A program made the position numbers and the translations under genes. The notes beneath the pieces were generated by a model, which saw nothing but the letters and a program-made list of their open reading frames with translations, ran no database searches and was not told the DNA's origin. A stretch of DNA of 64,000 nucleotides from Pseudomonadota bacterium. Its GTDB lineage: Bacteria > Myxococcota > JACRCW01 > JAFGSX01. Shown piece after piece: positions 41,280 to 49,823 of this stretch; the stretch's first letter is position 1, and the number at the start of each line of letters is the position of its first letter. The stretch is from the NCBI GenBank assembly GCA_043821645.1, contig JBDRCO010000065.1, positions 64,157-128,156 on the forward strand. The letters run 5' to 3'.

Positions 41280-41843
41280 ATGTTCAAACCCCTGATTGCC
41301 ATCCCTGCTGTGCTGATGGCGTGTGCCTGTGCCCGTCCCGAGGCCGGGCCGCGCCCATCCACCTGGGCCAGTTCCGTCGAGCGCCCAGGGCTGCCAAACC
41401 TGCACCAGCTCAGCGACGAGCTCTACCGCAGCGCCCAGCCCACGGCGGAGGGCTTCGCCTCCCTGCGCACACTCGAGGTGCGGACCGTGGTCAACCTGCG
41501 CATGTTCCACTCGGACCAGCCCCTGGCCAGAGGGACAGGCCTGACCCTCGTCGACATCCCGATGGAATCGTGGGACCTGGACCTCGACGAGGTCGAGCGC
41601 TTTCTCGAGGTGGTCACCGACCGCCAGCGGCAGCCTGTGCTGGTACACTGTCTTCACGGCGCGGACAGGACCGGGACCATGAGCGCCGTCTATCGCATGG
41701 TGGTCCAGGGCTGGAGCGTCGACGATGCCATCGCCGAGATGCGCGATGGTGGCTTCGGCTTTCACTCGGTGTGGAACAACCTACCGTTCTCCCTGCGGCA
41801 CCTCGACGTGGAGGCGCTCCGGAAGCGCTTCACCCGGCATTGA
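41280..41843 (+). CDS. Cys-based tyrosine/dual-specificity phosphatase, probably exported
   Basis: LYRSAQP and the CX5R loop HCLHGADRTG. The N-terminus is hydrophobic and ends in a lipobox-like LMAC. Confidence 0.88.
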   Translation: MFKPLIAIPAVLMACACARPEAGPRPSTWASSVERPGLPNLHQLSDELYRSAQPTAEGFASLRTLEVRTVVNLRMFHSDQPLARGTGLTLVDIPMESWDLDLDEVERFLEVVTDRQRQPVLVHCLHGADRTGTMSAVYRMVVQGWSVDDAIAEMRDGGFGFHSVWNNLPFSLRHLDVEALRKRFTRH

Positions 41844-43199
41844 CGACAGCGAACTGTCGTCGACGGCGGCATCGGGTGGAGGAACCGCCACGGGTGACTC
41901 CGAGCTCCCACCAACCCAGCGCGGTGCGGCACCGAACAGCACCTGGAGCGAGCGCACCAAGGCGCTGATGCTGTGCTGGGTGTTGTCGATGCGAAGCAGG
42001 GGAACCTCGAGACTCTGCCGCACACCGCCTCGCGCCCGCGGATCCGATGCATAGGTCGCGTCGACGTCGTCAATCTGCAGCACCCCCAGCCAGCGCAGCC
42101 CGAGCAACAGGTGCTGCCGGTAGCGCGCGGCCCGCTCGGCGTCACCATGCTGGAGGGCAAGGCGGAGTCCCTCGGCAAGGCCCTCGAGGTAGGTGGCGGT
42201 GTTGGCCGACGGAAAAGCATGAAAGCTCCCCGCGATTTGGTCGTCGAGGTCCAGGTTCTGCTGGGTCAGCAGGAAGTCGCTGAGCTGCAGACCGAAATGT
42301 GCATATCGCGACGCGCCGGTCTGTTGATGCAGCGACGTCATGGCCGCGATGCTCCAGGACAGAAAGGCGTGGGCCCGCCAGCGATTCGCGGCGCCGTAGT
42401 AGTCCACGGCCCGGTCCACCGCCTGGAGGTAGCTCGGATCGCCAAACGCTCGGTACATCTCGGCCAGGGCCAGCATGGCCTCTCCTGGATAGATCTGGCT
42501 GTCCCAGCCGCTGCTCCGCTCGTACTCCGGGTCCCCCAGGTAGACATGCGTGCTCTTGAAGCGCCCTCCCCCACCGCGCTGCTGCAGATCCAGGATCATG
42601 CGTGCCAGCCCGCGCAGGAGTGCGTCGTCGACGCCATCCCCGCGCAGGGAGCGGCGCTTGAGAAGAGTCAGCATGGGCAGCGCGATGCCACCAAGCTTGG
42701 CCTTGCCCTGAAACAGGAACAGGGCCCTGTCTCCGTCGAGGACCTGCACGAAGCGGCGCTGGTGGTCGAGCGCGCGCTCGGCGGCCTCGAGATAGCGCGG
42801 CTCACCGAGCTGTTCGGCAGCCAGGGCCAAAGCATAGGCCGTGCCCGCCTGGCGCAGGAAGTTGTCGTCGTCCGGAGCGCTCACCGCCTGCCGGTCGGGA
42901 CGGTACCAGTAGTGAAAGCGTCCACCTGGTTCCTGCATGCGCAGCAACCAGTCGCCGCCCAGGCGCAGACGTGTTTCGAGCTTGTGCTGGAGCCCCTCGG
43001 TCACCTTCAGGCCAGCGAGGGACGGCGGCGCCAGGCGATACCACCCGCGCTTGAGTTCCAGCTCTCCGGCGCGCAGCAGCGAGGAGGCTGGCAGCTCCTG
43101 GGTACGCAACCAGGCCTGGACCTCCGCCAGTCCAAGAGCCAGGCCTCCGGCCAGCGCCAGCAGGGCGAGGCTGAACCCCATCCAGCGCCGAGGCCTCAT
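41781..43199 (-). CDS. Exported (alpha/alpha)6-barrel-like protein, paralog B
   Basis: Signal anchor. QxPxGRFxY, DNxxRQAG, YxGEAxLAL and LRIDNTQH are shared with 43196-44434. Confidence 0.75.
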   Translation of the reverse strand: MRPRRWMGFSLALLALAGGLALGLAEVQAWLRTQELPASSLLRAGELELKRGWYRLAPPSLAGLKVTEGLQHKLETRLRLGGDWLLRMQEPGGRFHYWYRPDRQAVSAPDDDNFLRQAGTAYALALAAEQLGEPRYLEAAERALDHQRRFVQVLDGDRALFLFQGKAKLGGIALPMLTLLKRRSLRGDGVDDALLRGLARMILDLQQRGGGGRFKSTHVYLGDPEYERSSGWDSQIYPGEAMLALAEMYRAFGDPSYLQAVDRAVDYYGAANRWRAHAFLSWSIAAMTSLHQQTGASRYAHFGLQLSDFLLTQQNLDLDDQIAGSFHAFPSANTATYLEGLAEGLRLALQHGDAERAARYRQHLLLGLRWLGVLQIDDVDATYASDPRARGGVRQSLEVPLLRIDNTQHSISALVRSLQVLFGAAPRWVGGSSESPVAVPPPDAAVDDSSLSSMPGEALPERLHVEVPQGER

Positions 43200-44434
43200 G
43201 GCTTGTCCGCCCCGGCCACGAGGCCAAAGCGCAGCCCCAGGATGGCCGCGTGCATCTGGTGCTGCACGGTGTCGATGCGCAACTCGGCCTCACGGGCGGA
43301 GCCCTGCACACCGCCGCGGACACGCGGATCGCGGGCGTCGGCCCGGGCCAGGTCCGCAGAAGCCAGGCGGTGCCCGAGCTGCCAGCCGGTGAGGCGCCGC
43401 ATGCTGCGATCGTAGACGCAGGCGTACCAGGCGCGGCGCTCGTCGTCACCCTGGCGACGCGCCACGTCCACGGCATGGGCCAGACCCTCCATGGCGTAGC
43501 CGGTGTTGCGGCTGCGGTCCAGGGTGCGGTGTACGTCTATCATCCAGTCCGCGAGCTCGAGGATGTGCGAACCAAAGACCTCGGCGTCCGCGACACCCGC
43601 GTCGAGTAGTTCCCACATGGCCATGGTGGACCACTGGTAGTAGCCCTTGGTGGCGTCGGGATCGGGATCCAGAGCACGCGGCTGAACGACGTGGGCGGTC
43701 CATCCGGCATGCGCCGAGGCCGAGGCCGCCTCGATCAGATCCGTTCGTTGCAGGATGCGGCCAGCCCGGATCAGGGCGAGCAGAGCCTCACCGTCAAAGT
43801 ACGGAGAACGTCCACCGGACGCGCTGCCATCCTCGTGGCGATAGCGCGCGGGCCACAGGCCATCGCCGCGGCGCAGGCTGAGCAGGCCATGCAACAGACC
43901 CTGCGCGAGCTCGGCGTAGCGCTGCCGCCGATCTTCGTCGAGGGGACGGATCGCCAGACGCTCGACCACCGCGAGGGCGACCAGGGCCTGGGTCCCCGTG
44001 GATCCACTGCGCTCGCCTGGATACACGACGAACCTGGCTTTGCTTGCCACCACCACGCTGTGTGCCTCGAAGAAACGCAAGGCCGTGTCCAGCGCCTGGT
44101 CCACACGCGCTGAGGGTTCGTGGCGCAGGATCAGGGCCAGGCCCCAGGTCGCGCCGGCCTGCCGCACGGGGTTGTCGTCGCTGCTGAGGCTCCCACGTGC
44201 CCAGTCGTAGGCATAGTCAAAGCGCCCTTCCGGGCGCTGGTGGTTCACCATGAATTCGGCGCCGAGGTCGATGGAACTCTGGAGATCTTCCACTGTCAGC
44301 GTCGCCGCGCACGGGCTGTGCGGTTCAGGCAACCGCAACAGCACGCGCAGCCAGGGCCAGGCGAGTACGAGAACTCCGGCGAGGACCGCCCCGGCGCAGA
44401 GCGCCACCCAGGTCCGCCGAAGGGCTGCCTTCAT
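43196..44434 (-). CDS. Exported (alpha/alpha)6-barrel-like protein, paralog A
   Basis: Signal anchor, QRPEGRFDY, DNPVRQAG, YFDGEALLAL and LRIDTVQH. 4-bp overlaps on both sides. Confidence 0.75.
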   Translation of the reverse strand: MKAALRRTWVALCAGAVLAGVLVLAWPWLRVLLRLPEPHSPCAATLTVEDLQSSIDLGAEFMVNHQRPEGRFDYAYDWARGSLSSDDNPVRQAGATWGLALILRHEPSARVDQALDTALRFFEAHSVVVASKARFVVYPGERSGSTGTQALVALAVVERLAIRPLDEDRRQRYAELAQGLLHGLLSLRRGDGLWPARYRHEDGSASGGRSPYFDGEALLALIRAGRILQRTDLIEAASASAHAGWTAHVVQPRALDPDPDATKGYYQWSTMAMWELLDAGVADAEVFGSHILELADWMIDVHRTLDRSRNTGYAMEGLAHAVDVARRQGDDERRAWYACVYDRSMRRLTGWQLGHRLASADLARADARDPRVRGGVQGSAREAELRIDTVQHQMHAAILGLRFGLVAGADKP

Positions 44435-46422
44435 GGACGCTGGGCCTCGACCAGTTGCTGCTCGAAAAAGAGCACGGCCAGAGACAGATAGGCGTCGCGG
44501 TTCTCCTTGCGGCGGAAGCCGTGCCCCTCATTGGTGGCCACCATGTACCAGACATCCTGACCCTGCCTGCGCACGGCCTCGACGATCTGATCGGTCTCGC
44601 CGAGAGGCACGCGGGGATCATTGGCCCCGTGCGCCACGAACAGCGCCGAGCGGATGCGCTGAGCCTGGGTCGAGGGCGAGATCTTAATCAGGTGGGCCCG
44701 CATCGCGGGATCGCGCTCGTCCCCGTACTCGGCGCGGCGCAGGTCCCTGCGGTAGGTCTGGGTGTTCTCGAGGAAGGTCACGAAGTTGCTGATCCCGACC
44801 ACGTCGACGCCGGCCCGCAGGCGGTCGCCGTAGTGCACCAGGGCCGCCAGGACCATGTAGCCGCCGTAGGACCCCCCGAGGACTCCAGCACGCCTGGCGT
44901 CGAGCTCGTCGCGGTTGCGCACCCAGTCGAGGAGCGCACCGATGTCCCGAACCGAGTCCTCGCGCCGCAGGCCGTTGTCGAGCCGCAGGTACTCCTTGCC
45001 GTAACCATCCGAGCCCCGCACGTTGGGCACCAGCACCGCCATGCCGCTCTCGAGCACGAGGTACTGGGTCAGGGCGCTGAACACGGGTCGCGCCTGGGCC
45101 TCGGGGCCACCGTGAATCATCACCACCACCGGAAAGGGCCCCGGGCCCGCAGGCCGGTAGTAGAAGGCCGGGATCTGGCGCCCGTCGAAGCTGGCGTAAT
45201 GGATCAGCTCGGGCTCGACGAAGCGTGAAGCGTCCAGCCCACCCAGCTCGCTCTCGGTCCAGCGCGCCAGGGTGCGCGTGCGCAGGTCGTAGAGGAAGGC
45301 GTCCCCGGTCTCGGTCGGACCTTGCAGGGTCAAGGCCAGCACCGGGCGCTGACGGCCAAAAACCAGGTTCCCGATTAGACCACGCGGGATCTCGTCCACG
45401 CGGTGGCGCTCCCTCTGGGCCGTGTCCAGCAGGTACAGGCTGCTGTACCCCTCGGCGTTGACGGTGAACGCGAGGGTGCTGCCGTCCCGGGATAGCGCCA
45501 GCCCCTCGACGTTCCAGGGAATGTCGCGGGTCAGGGGCGTCCACTGGTCCGTGGCAAGGTCCAGGTCGTACAGCTCGACGAAATCACCCTCGCGATCCGT
45601 GGCGACATACACGCGCGTGGCATCGGGCGTGAGCACCGCGGCGCGATAGGCGGTGGTGGCCGTACTTGGCGACAGGCGACGGCTCTGGCCACTGCCCACA
45701 TCGACCAGGTACAGGCGCGTGTCGGCGATCGAAATGTATTCCTGCACCAGAAGCGTCGTTCCATCCCGAGACCAGTCCAGGATCTCCCAGTGCCCCTCGT
45801 TCTGCATCAGCATCCGCGCCTTCGGCGGATCGCTGCGCTCGATCAGCCACAGATCCATGTCCCGACCATTTCGTCTGTTGCTGGCCACTGCGAGCCGGGT
45901 GCCGTCGTCGGACCAGCGGTAGCTCGGGTTGCGGCTGCTACCATCGGTGAGGCGGAGGCTGCGACCGCTTTTCAGATCGAGCACCGAGACCTGGTACTGC
46001 TCGTTGCCGCCAACATCGGTCATCAAGGTCACCAGATCGGGATGTCCGGGCACGAAGCGCGCGCTCGCCACCGGCTCGTCGCCAAAACTGAGCTGGGTCC
46101 GTGCCCCCAGAGGCTGGCGAACCAGGTGCACCTGCGAGGTCTCAGCGAAGCGCGTGCCGATCAGGATCGCCTCGCCGTCCGGGGACAGATCGAGCATGCT
46201 GGCCGAGCGCGTATTGAGGTACTGCTGCAGGCGCTGCTCGAGCGCCGCCGGGATGGCGGGAGTTCCCTTGAGGATGCGGGTCTGGGTGGACTCCGCGCAC
46301 GCTGTGGATGGCGCCGCCGTGGCGGGCAAGGAAACGGGCAGCGGCTCGGGGGCGCTGGCACAGCCCACCACAACCAGGGCGAGGCCAACCGAACAAGCAC
46401 GACGGTGCAGGCAGACAGGCAT
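44431..46422 (-). CDS. S9 family (prolyl oligopeptidase/acylaminoacyl) peptidase, lipoprotein
   Basis: IHGGP, nucleophile GGSYGG, HGANDPRV and EGHGF, with an N-terminal propeller and VVGC lipobox. Confidence 0.93.
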   Translation of the reverse strand: MPVCLHRRACSVGLALVVVGCASAPEPLPVSLPATAAPSTACAESTQTRILKGTPAIPAALEQRLQQYLNTRSASMLDLSPDGEAILIGTRFAETSQVHLVRQPLGARTQLSFGDEPVASARFVPGHPDLVTLMTDVGGNEQYQVSVLDLKSGRSLRLTDGSSRNPSYRWSDDGTRLAVASNRRNGRDMDLWLIERSDPPKARMLMQNEGHWEILDWSRDGTTLLVQEYISIADTRLYLVDVGSGQSRRLSPSTATTAYRAAVLTPDATRVYVATDREGDFVELYDLDLATDQWTPLTRDIPWNVEGLALSRDGSTLAFTVNAEGYSSLYLLDTAQRERHRVDEIPRGLIGNLVFGRQRPVLALTLQGPTETGDAFLYDLRTRTLARWTESELGGLDASRFVEPELIHYASFDGRQIPAFYYRPAGPGPFPVVVMIHGGPEAQARPVFSALTQYLVLESGMAVLVPNVRGSDGYGKEYLRLDNGLRREDSVRDIGALLDWVRNRDELDARRAGVLGGSYGGYMVLAALVHYGDRLRAGVDVVGISNFVTFLENTQTYRRDLRRAEYGDERDPAMRAHLIKISPSTQAQRIRSALFVAHGANDPRVPLGETDQIVEAVRRQGQDVWYMVATNEGHGFRRKENRDAYLSLAVLFFEQQLVEAQRP

Positions 46423-46541
46423 GCCCCAGCCTCCAGGACCAGGTGCGCGCGGGCACCGGTCACACGCGCCGCAGCGCGCTGGATCGCGATTCAAGCAGAT
46501 GTCCGGAAAACGCGCAGCGTCTGCGTGGTCCGGCGCCCCGT

Positions 46542-46919
46542 TCAGAGGAGCTCGGCCTCGTCGGCGACGAGAGGCGGCTGCAGCATGACGTAGAGCCTCT
46601 TGCCACTGGCCTCACCGTCTGGCAGGCGCACGTGGATGGGAAAGCCCACGTCGAGCACGACCTCTCCGTCGCGCTGCTCGAGCACGGTGCCGCACAGCTC
46701 CTCGGGAACTCCATGCTCGGGTTCCACGCCGTCCCCACGACGCCCGGCCGCACGCACCAGCTCTGCATTCTGGCGCAGCGTCGTCCGCATGCTGCCCGAG
46801 CGGAAGCCCTCGGGAAGTTGCACGCTGCTCTCAACACGCAAGAAGTGCGTGGTTCCGTCCGGGATGAAGATCAGCGAACCCTTGGAGGCCCGGAGCTCAC
46901 CCTGACACTTCATGGTCAT
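46542..46919 (-). CDS. Small hypothetical protein coupled to the transglutaminase gene
   Basis: ATGA overlap with the 46916-47800 stop. Beta-rich, 125 aa. Confidence 0.65.
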   Translation of the reverse strand: MTMKCQGELRASKGSLIFIPDGTTHFLRVESSVQLPEGFRSGSMRTTLRQNAELVRAAGRRGDGVEPEHGVPEELCGTVLEQRDGEVVLDVGFPIHVRLPDGEASGKRLYVMLQPPLVADEAELL

Positions 46920-47800
46920 CCCTGCCCCCTGCTGACGCCACCGGGGACAGCCAGCGTGCTCACGGCCAGGCCATCCATGTGCATCTCCATGTCGATACGG
47001 AAGGGCATCGCCGTGGCACCGGGGCGCCGCAGGGCGCTGAGCGTCCGCATCAGATCCTTCTCGTCGATGATGTAGGTCCCCTCGTCGCCAACACAGCCGT
47101 GGGCGTAGTATTTCCCGTCTCCCAGGTAGATCACGTTCTCGCCGCCAAAGGCGCTGTTCGCGTCCGAGGCATCGGGATTCTTGTAGTAGTAGTGCGAGCC
47201 CGGGACCAGGGGCATGGGCTTCATGGTCAGGCGCTTGACGTCCTTGAAGTCGCTGTCCTCGATGTCCCAGCGGAAGAAGGCCAGCATGCGCGGCTCGCTG
47301 AACAGCTTGTCAAAGGCCGCGTCGCCGATATGATCGAGGATGGCCTTGTGGTAGATGACCATCATCGCCGTGGCACACTCGAAGCCGTACTGCTGCCCGT
47401 TCTCGAAGATGTCTCTCAGCGCCGCAGACGGCTTGCCTATGCTTCCGTCGGGCATGAACTTGCGCACGGCCATCTTGCCGCCGTAGCCCATGGTCCACAG
47501 CGTCTTGTTGACCTTGTCCGTGCTGTGGTGACCCGAGAAGCTGGCGCCTCCGGCAGCCAGGGCATAGGCCGCATCCACGACGTGCTTGCGGAACACCAGG
47601 TCCTCTGTGCCGTCGACACCCAGCGCTTTGGAGACGGTCGTGCCACCCTTGACGAACTCGAGGGTGTCCTTGGCGTCGACCTGCCCAGGGACACCACTTC
47701 GGGCGCTGTCCACGATCCTGGCCTCGGGTCCGTGGATATCGCGGGCGATCTTGTTGAGCGCCGAGAAATCACTGCGAGCTCTGTCATTGCGCACGGCCAC
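46916..47800 (-). CDS. Protein-glutamine gamma-glutamyltransferase, Bacillus Tgl-like
   Basis: YGFECATAMMVIYH, PGSHYYYKNPD and GENVIYLGDGKYYAHG parallel the Tgl motifs. GGAGG lies upstream of GTG 47800. Confidence 0.85.
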   Translation of the reverse strand: MAVRNDRARSDFSALNKIARDIHGPEARIVDSARSGVPGQVDAKDTLEFVKGGTTVSKALGVDGTEDLVFRKHVVDAAYALAAGGASFSGHHSTDKVNKTLWTMGYGGKMAVRKFMPDGSIGKPSAALRDIFENGQQYGFECATAMMVIYHKAILDHIGDAAFDKLFSEPRMLAFFRWDIEDSDFKDVKRLTMKPMPLVPGSHYYYKNPDASDANSAFGGENVIYLGDGKYYAHGCVGDEGTYIIDEKDLMRTLSALRRPGATAMPFRIDMEMHMDGLAVSTLAVPGGVSRGQG

Positions 47801-47868
47801 GGCAAACCTCCAGCAAGGGGACGCACCATGATCTATCCATCACCCGCACATTTTGGAACTTCGGCCGG

Positions 47869-49311
47869 TCACCCCCCGACATCGTGGGGTAGCGAGCCTC
47901 GGGCCGAGCGAAAATACGCATAAGGAGTGGCGTGGAGGAAGTTGGAGACCCGCGACGTGTAGATGTCGGCGTGGCGCTCGATGAGAAAAGCCAGGTAGCT
48001 CTTGTCGTTGCCCGCACGCATGAGCGGGCCCCACTGGTCGTTGCCGATCTTGGCCGCACTGGACGCCAGCGGCCCGATGCGCTGCTCGAGCTGCTCCTGC
48101 TGCTCCCGCAGGCGCGCCAGCTCGGCGTGCACCTCATCGAGGTCGGGCCGGGCCAGGGGCACGCGGCGGCTCTTCGAGCGCTGCAAGCGGACCCGGAGCG
48201 CGCAGCTCCACTCCTCGAGGTGCTGCTTGTTCTGCATCAGGGACACCAGCTCGCGCTCCTGCGGCAAGAAGCGGGCGGCCTCGAGGATCTCGAGCTCGAG
48301 CTCGCGCACGATCAGGGCCGTGCGCCAGCGCAGGACATTCTTGGTGGCATGCACGTCGCCGAAGAAGTGATCGCCGACATACAGGATCTGATCCCCCGAC
48401 AGGTTCAGGGCGCTCTCGACCAGGGCCGCGTTGCCTCCGAAGTAGACAGCGCCGGGAACGGGCGCGCCCTCGACGGGGCGAAGCAATCCATCGTCGCTGA
48501 CCACCTGCAGAAGCGGACTGCGGCTGCTGAAGAAGTCGGGTTTGCGTGCCGACACGATGATGAGGTCGAACAGCTCACGCCAGCTTGAGCCCGCAGGGAG
48601 CAAGGGTTCAAAGGTGTGACGCATCATGCGTTGGGTGTAGGCAAAGTCCGAATTGGTCACCAGTAGCAACTTCTTGCCGGCTTCCCTCTGGTCGAGCAGA
48701 GCGCGCACGGTATCCGCATCGGGGTCAATGAAGCGGTCCGGGTCCGCCACGATCTCGGCCTTGAGATGACCCAGCCGGTGCGCGTCGTCGACGGAACCCC
48801 GGGTGCGCAGGTAGAGCTCGTCGTAGTCTGCGATGGCTGGGAGCTGTCCCGCATCCCACAGGTCCACCATCTGCGCGTACAGGCTGGACTCCGACAACGA
48901 GAACAGCGTGCTCAGGAAAGCGAAGCGGGTATCGCGATGGTCCACGAGTGTGCGCGCATACAGCCGCCGCACAGTCTCGAAGTCGACGGCCCGCTGCCCG
49001 TGCCATGCACCCTTGACGAAGCCGAACCGGTTCACCTTGAGCAGGTTGCCGTGCTGGCGGTCCACGATCAGGCCCTGGATCATGCGCAGGGGATCAAAGC
49101 TCAGGTCGTCGACCGGAACACCGTCACGCCGCAGCAGATCCACGGCGTGCTTGAACGCGCAGCCCTCCCACTCGGCCACGCGGTACTGGATCAGCGTGTA
49201 GTCCATGTCGTAGCCGATGGCGCCAATGCCGCGCAGGTTGAGTGTGCGGTTGCAGAAGATGCGGCGCTCGGCCGGGATCTCGTCGTGACGTGCGGGGTTC
49301 ATGCGCCTCAT
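47869..49311 (-). CDS. HAD-IG family 5'-nucleotidase (cN-II-like)
   Basis: IFCNRTL, GYDMDYTL, LVTNS, SARKP and YVGDHFFGDV. Confidence 0.93.
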   Translation of the reverse strand: MRRMNPARHDEIPAERRIFCNRTLNLRGIGAIGYDMDYTLIQYRVAEWEGCAFKHAVDLLRRDGVPVDDLSFDPLRMIQGLIVDRQHGNLLKVNRFGFVKGAWHGQRAVDFETVRRLYARTLVDHRDTRFAFLSTLFSLSESSLYAQMVDLWDAGQLPAIADYDELYLRTRGSVDDAHRLGHLKAEIVADPDRFIDPDADTVRALLDQREAGKKLLLVTNSDFAYTQRMMRHTFEPLLPAGSSWRELFDLIIVSARKPDFFSSRSPLLQVVSDDGLLRPVEGAPVPGAVYFGGNAALVESALNLSGDQILYVGDHFFGDVHATKNVLRWRTALIVRELELEILEAARFLPQERELVSLMQNKQHLEEWSCALRVRLQRSKSRRVPLARPDLDEVHAELARLREQQEQLEQRIGPLASSAAKIGNDQWGPLMRAGNDKSYLAFLIERHADIYTSRVSNFLHATPYAYFRSARGSLPHDVGG

Positions 49312-49437
49312 GATGCCCGGGCGACGGGAGACTGAAAAGCCCTGAGCGGGCTGCCAGACTGTCGTCTTTTTCTATTGGCGTTCACGGCAGGGCTGGGCCA
49401 TGATGCGCGCCCGAACGTTGGGGGATGCAGGGAGTTC

Positions 49438-49656
49438 ATGTCGCGCGACGATCACATAGAAATGGATGGAGCTGTGACCGAGGTACTGCGCGGCGGCATG
49501 TACCGGGTCAAGCTCGAGAACGACCACGAGATCCTGGCCACCACCGCAGGCAAGATGCGCCAGTTCAAGATTCGCATCGTGCTGGGCGACTCCGTGCGGG
49601 TTGCGATCTCGCCATACGATCTCAACCGCGGGCGAATCATCTACCGCTCGCGTTAG
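49438..49656 (+). CDS. infA: Translation initiation factor IF-1
   Basis: 72 aa reading [11 protein letters not shown]...YRVKLEN...[28 protein letters not shown], with a GGAG RBS. Confidence 0.96.
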   Translation: MSRDDHIEMDGAVTEVLRGGMYRVKLENDHEILATTAGKMRQFKIRIVLGDSVRVAISPYDLNRGRIIYRSR

Positions 49657-49661
49657 CCGTC

Positions 49662-49817
49662 CTTCGCGTCCACTTTCACGCTGGCCTTTCGCTGGCGGAT
49701 GCTCTGCGTCCGACGGGGCCGCACGACGAGAACCGTGCGGACCTGTGCCGGCGGCGGGAGATTGAGAGCACCCGGGGTCATCAACCGAGCGCGTGATGAA
49801 TGGGACCGTTCCTGAAG
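49662..49817. ncRNA. Candidate rod-shaped structured RNA / long imperfect hairpin
   Basis: Nested complementary segments: GTCC..TCACGC / GCGTGA..GGAC; CGGATGCTCT (49696) / AGAGCACCCG (49765); CCGCACG (49719) / CGTGCGG (49734). Confidence 0.35.
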
Positions 49818-49823
49818 ACGTCG

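Noticed and set aside
41781-41843. 63-bp convergent overlap between the phosphatase and barrel paralog B
   Set aside because: Tail-to-tail overlaps are common in GC-rich genomes, and the overlapping tail is low-complexity.
49685-49790. Hammerhead ribozyme on the minus strand (TGATGA...GAAA)
   Set aside because: The core reads TTGATGA rather than CTGANGA, and I could not build the three-stem junction.
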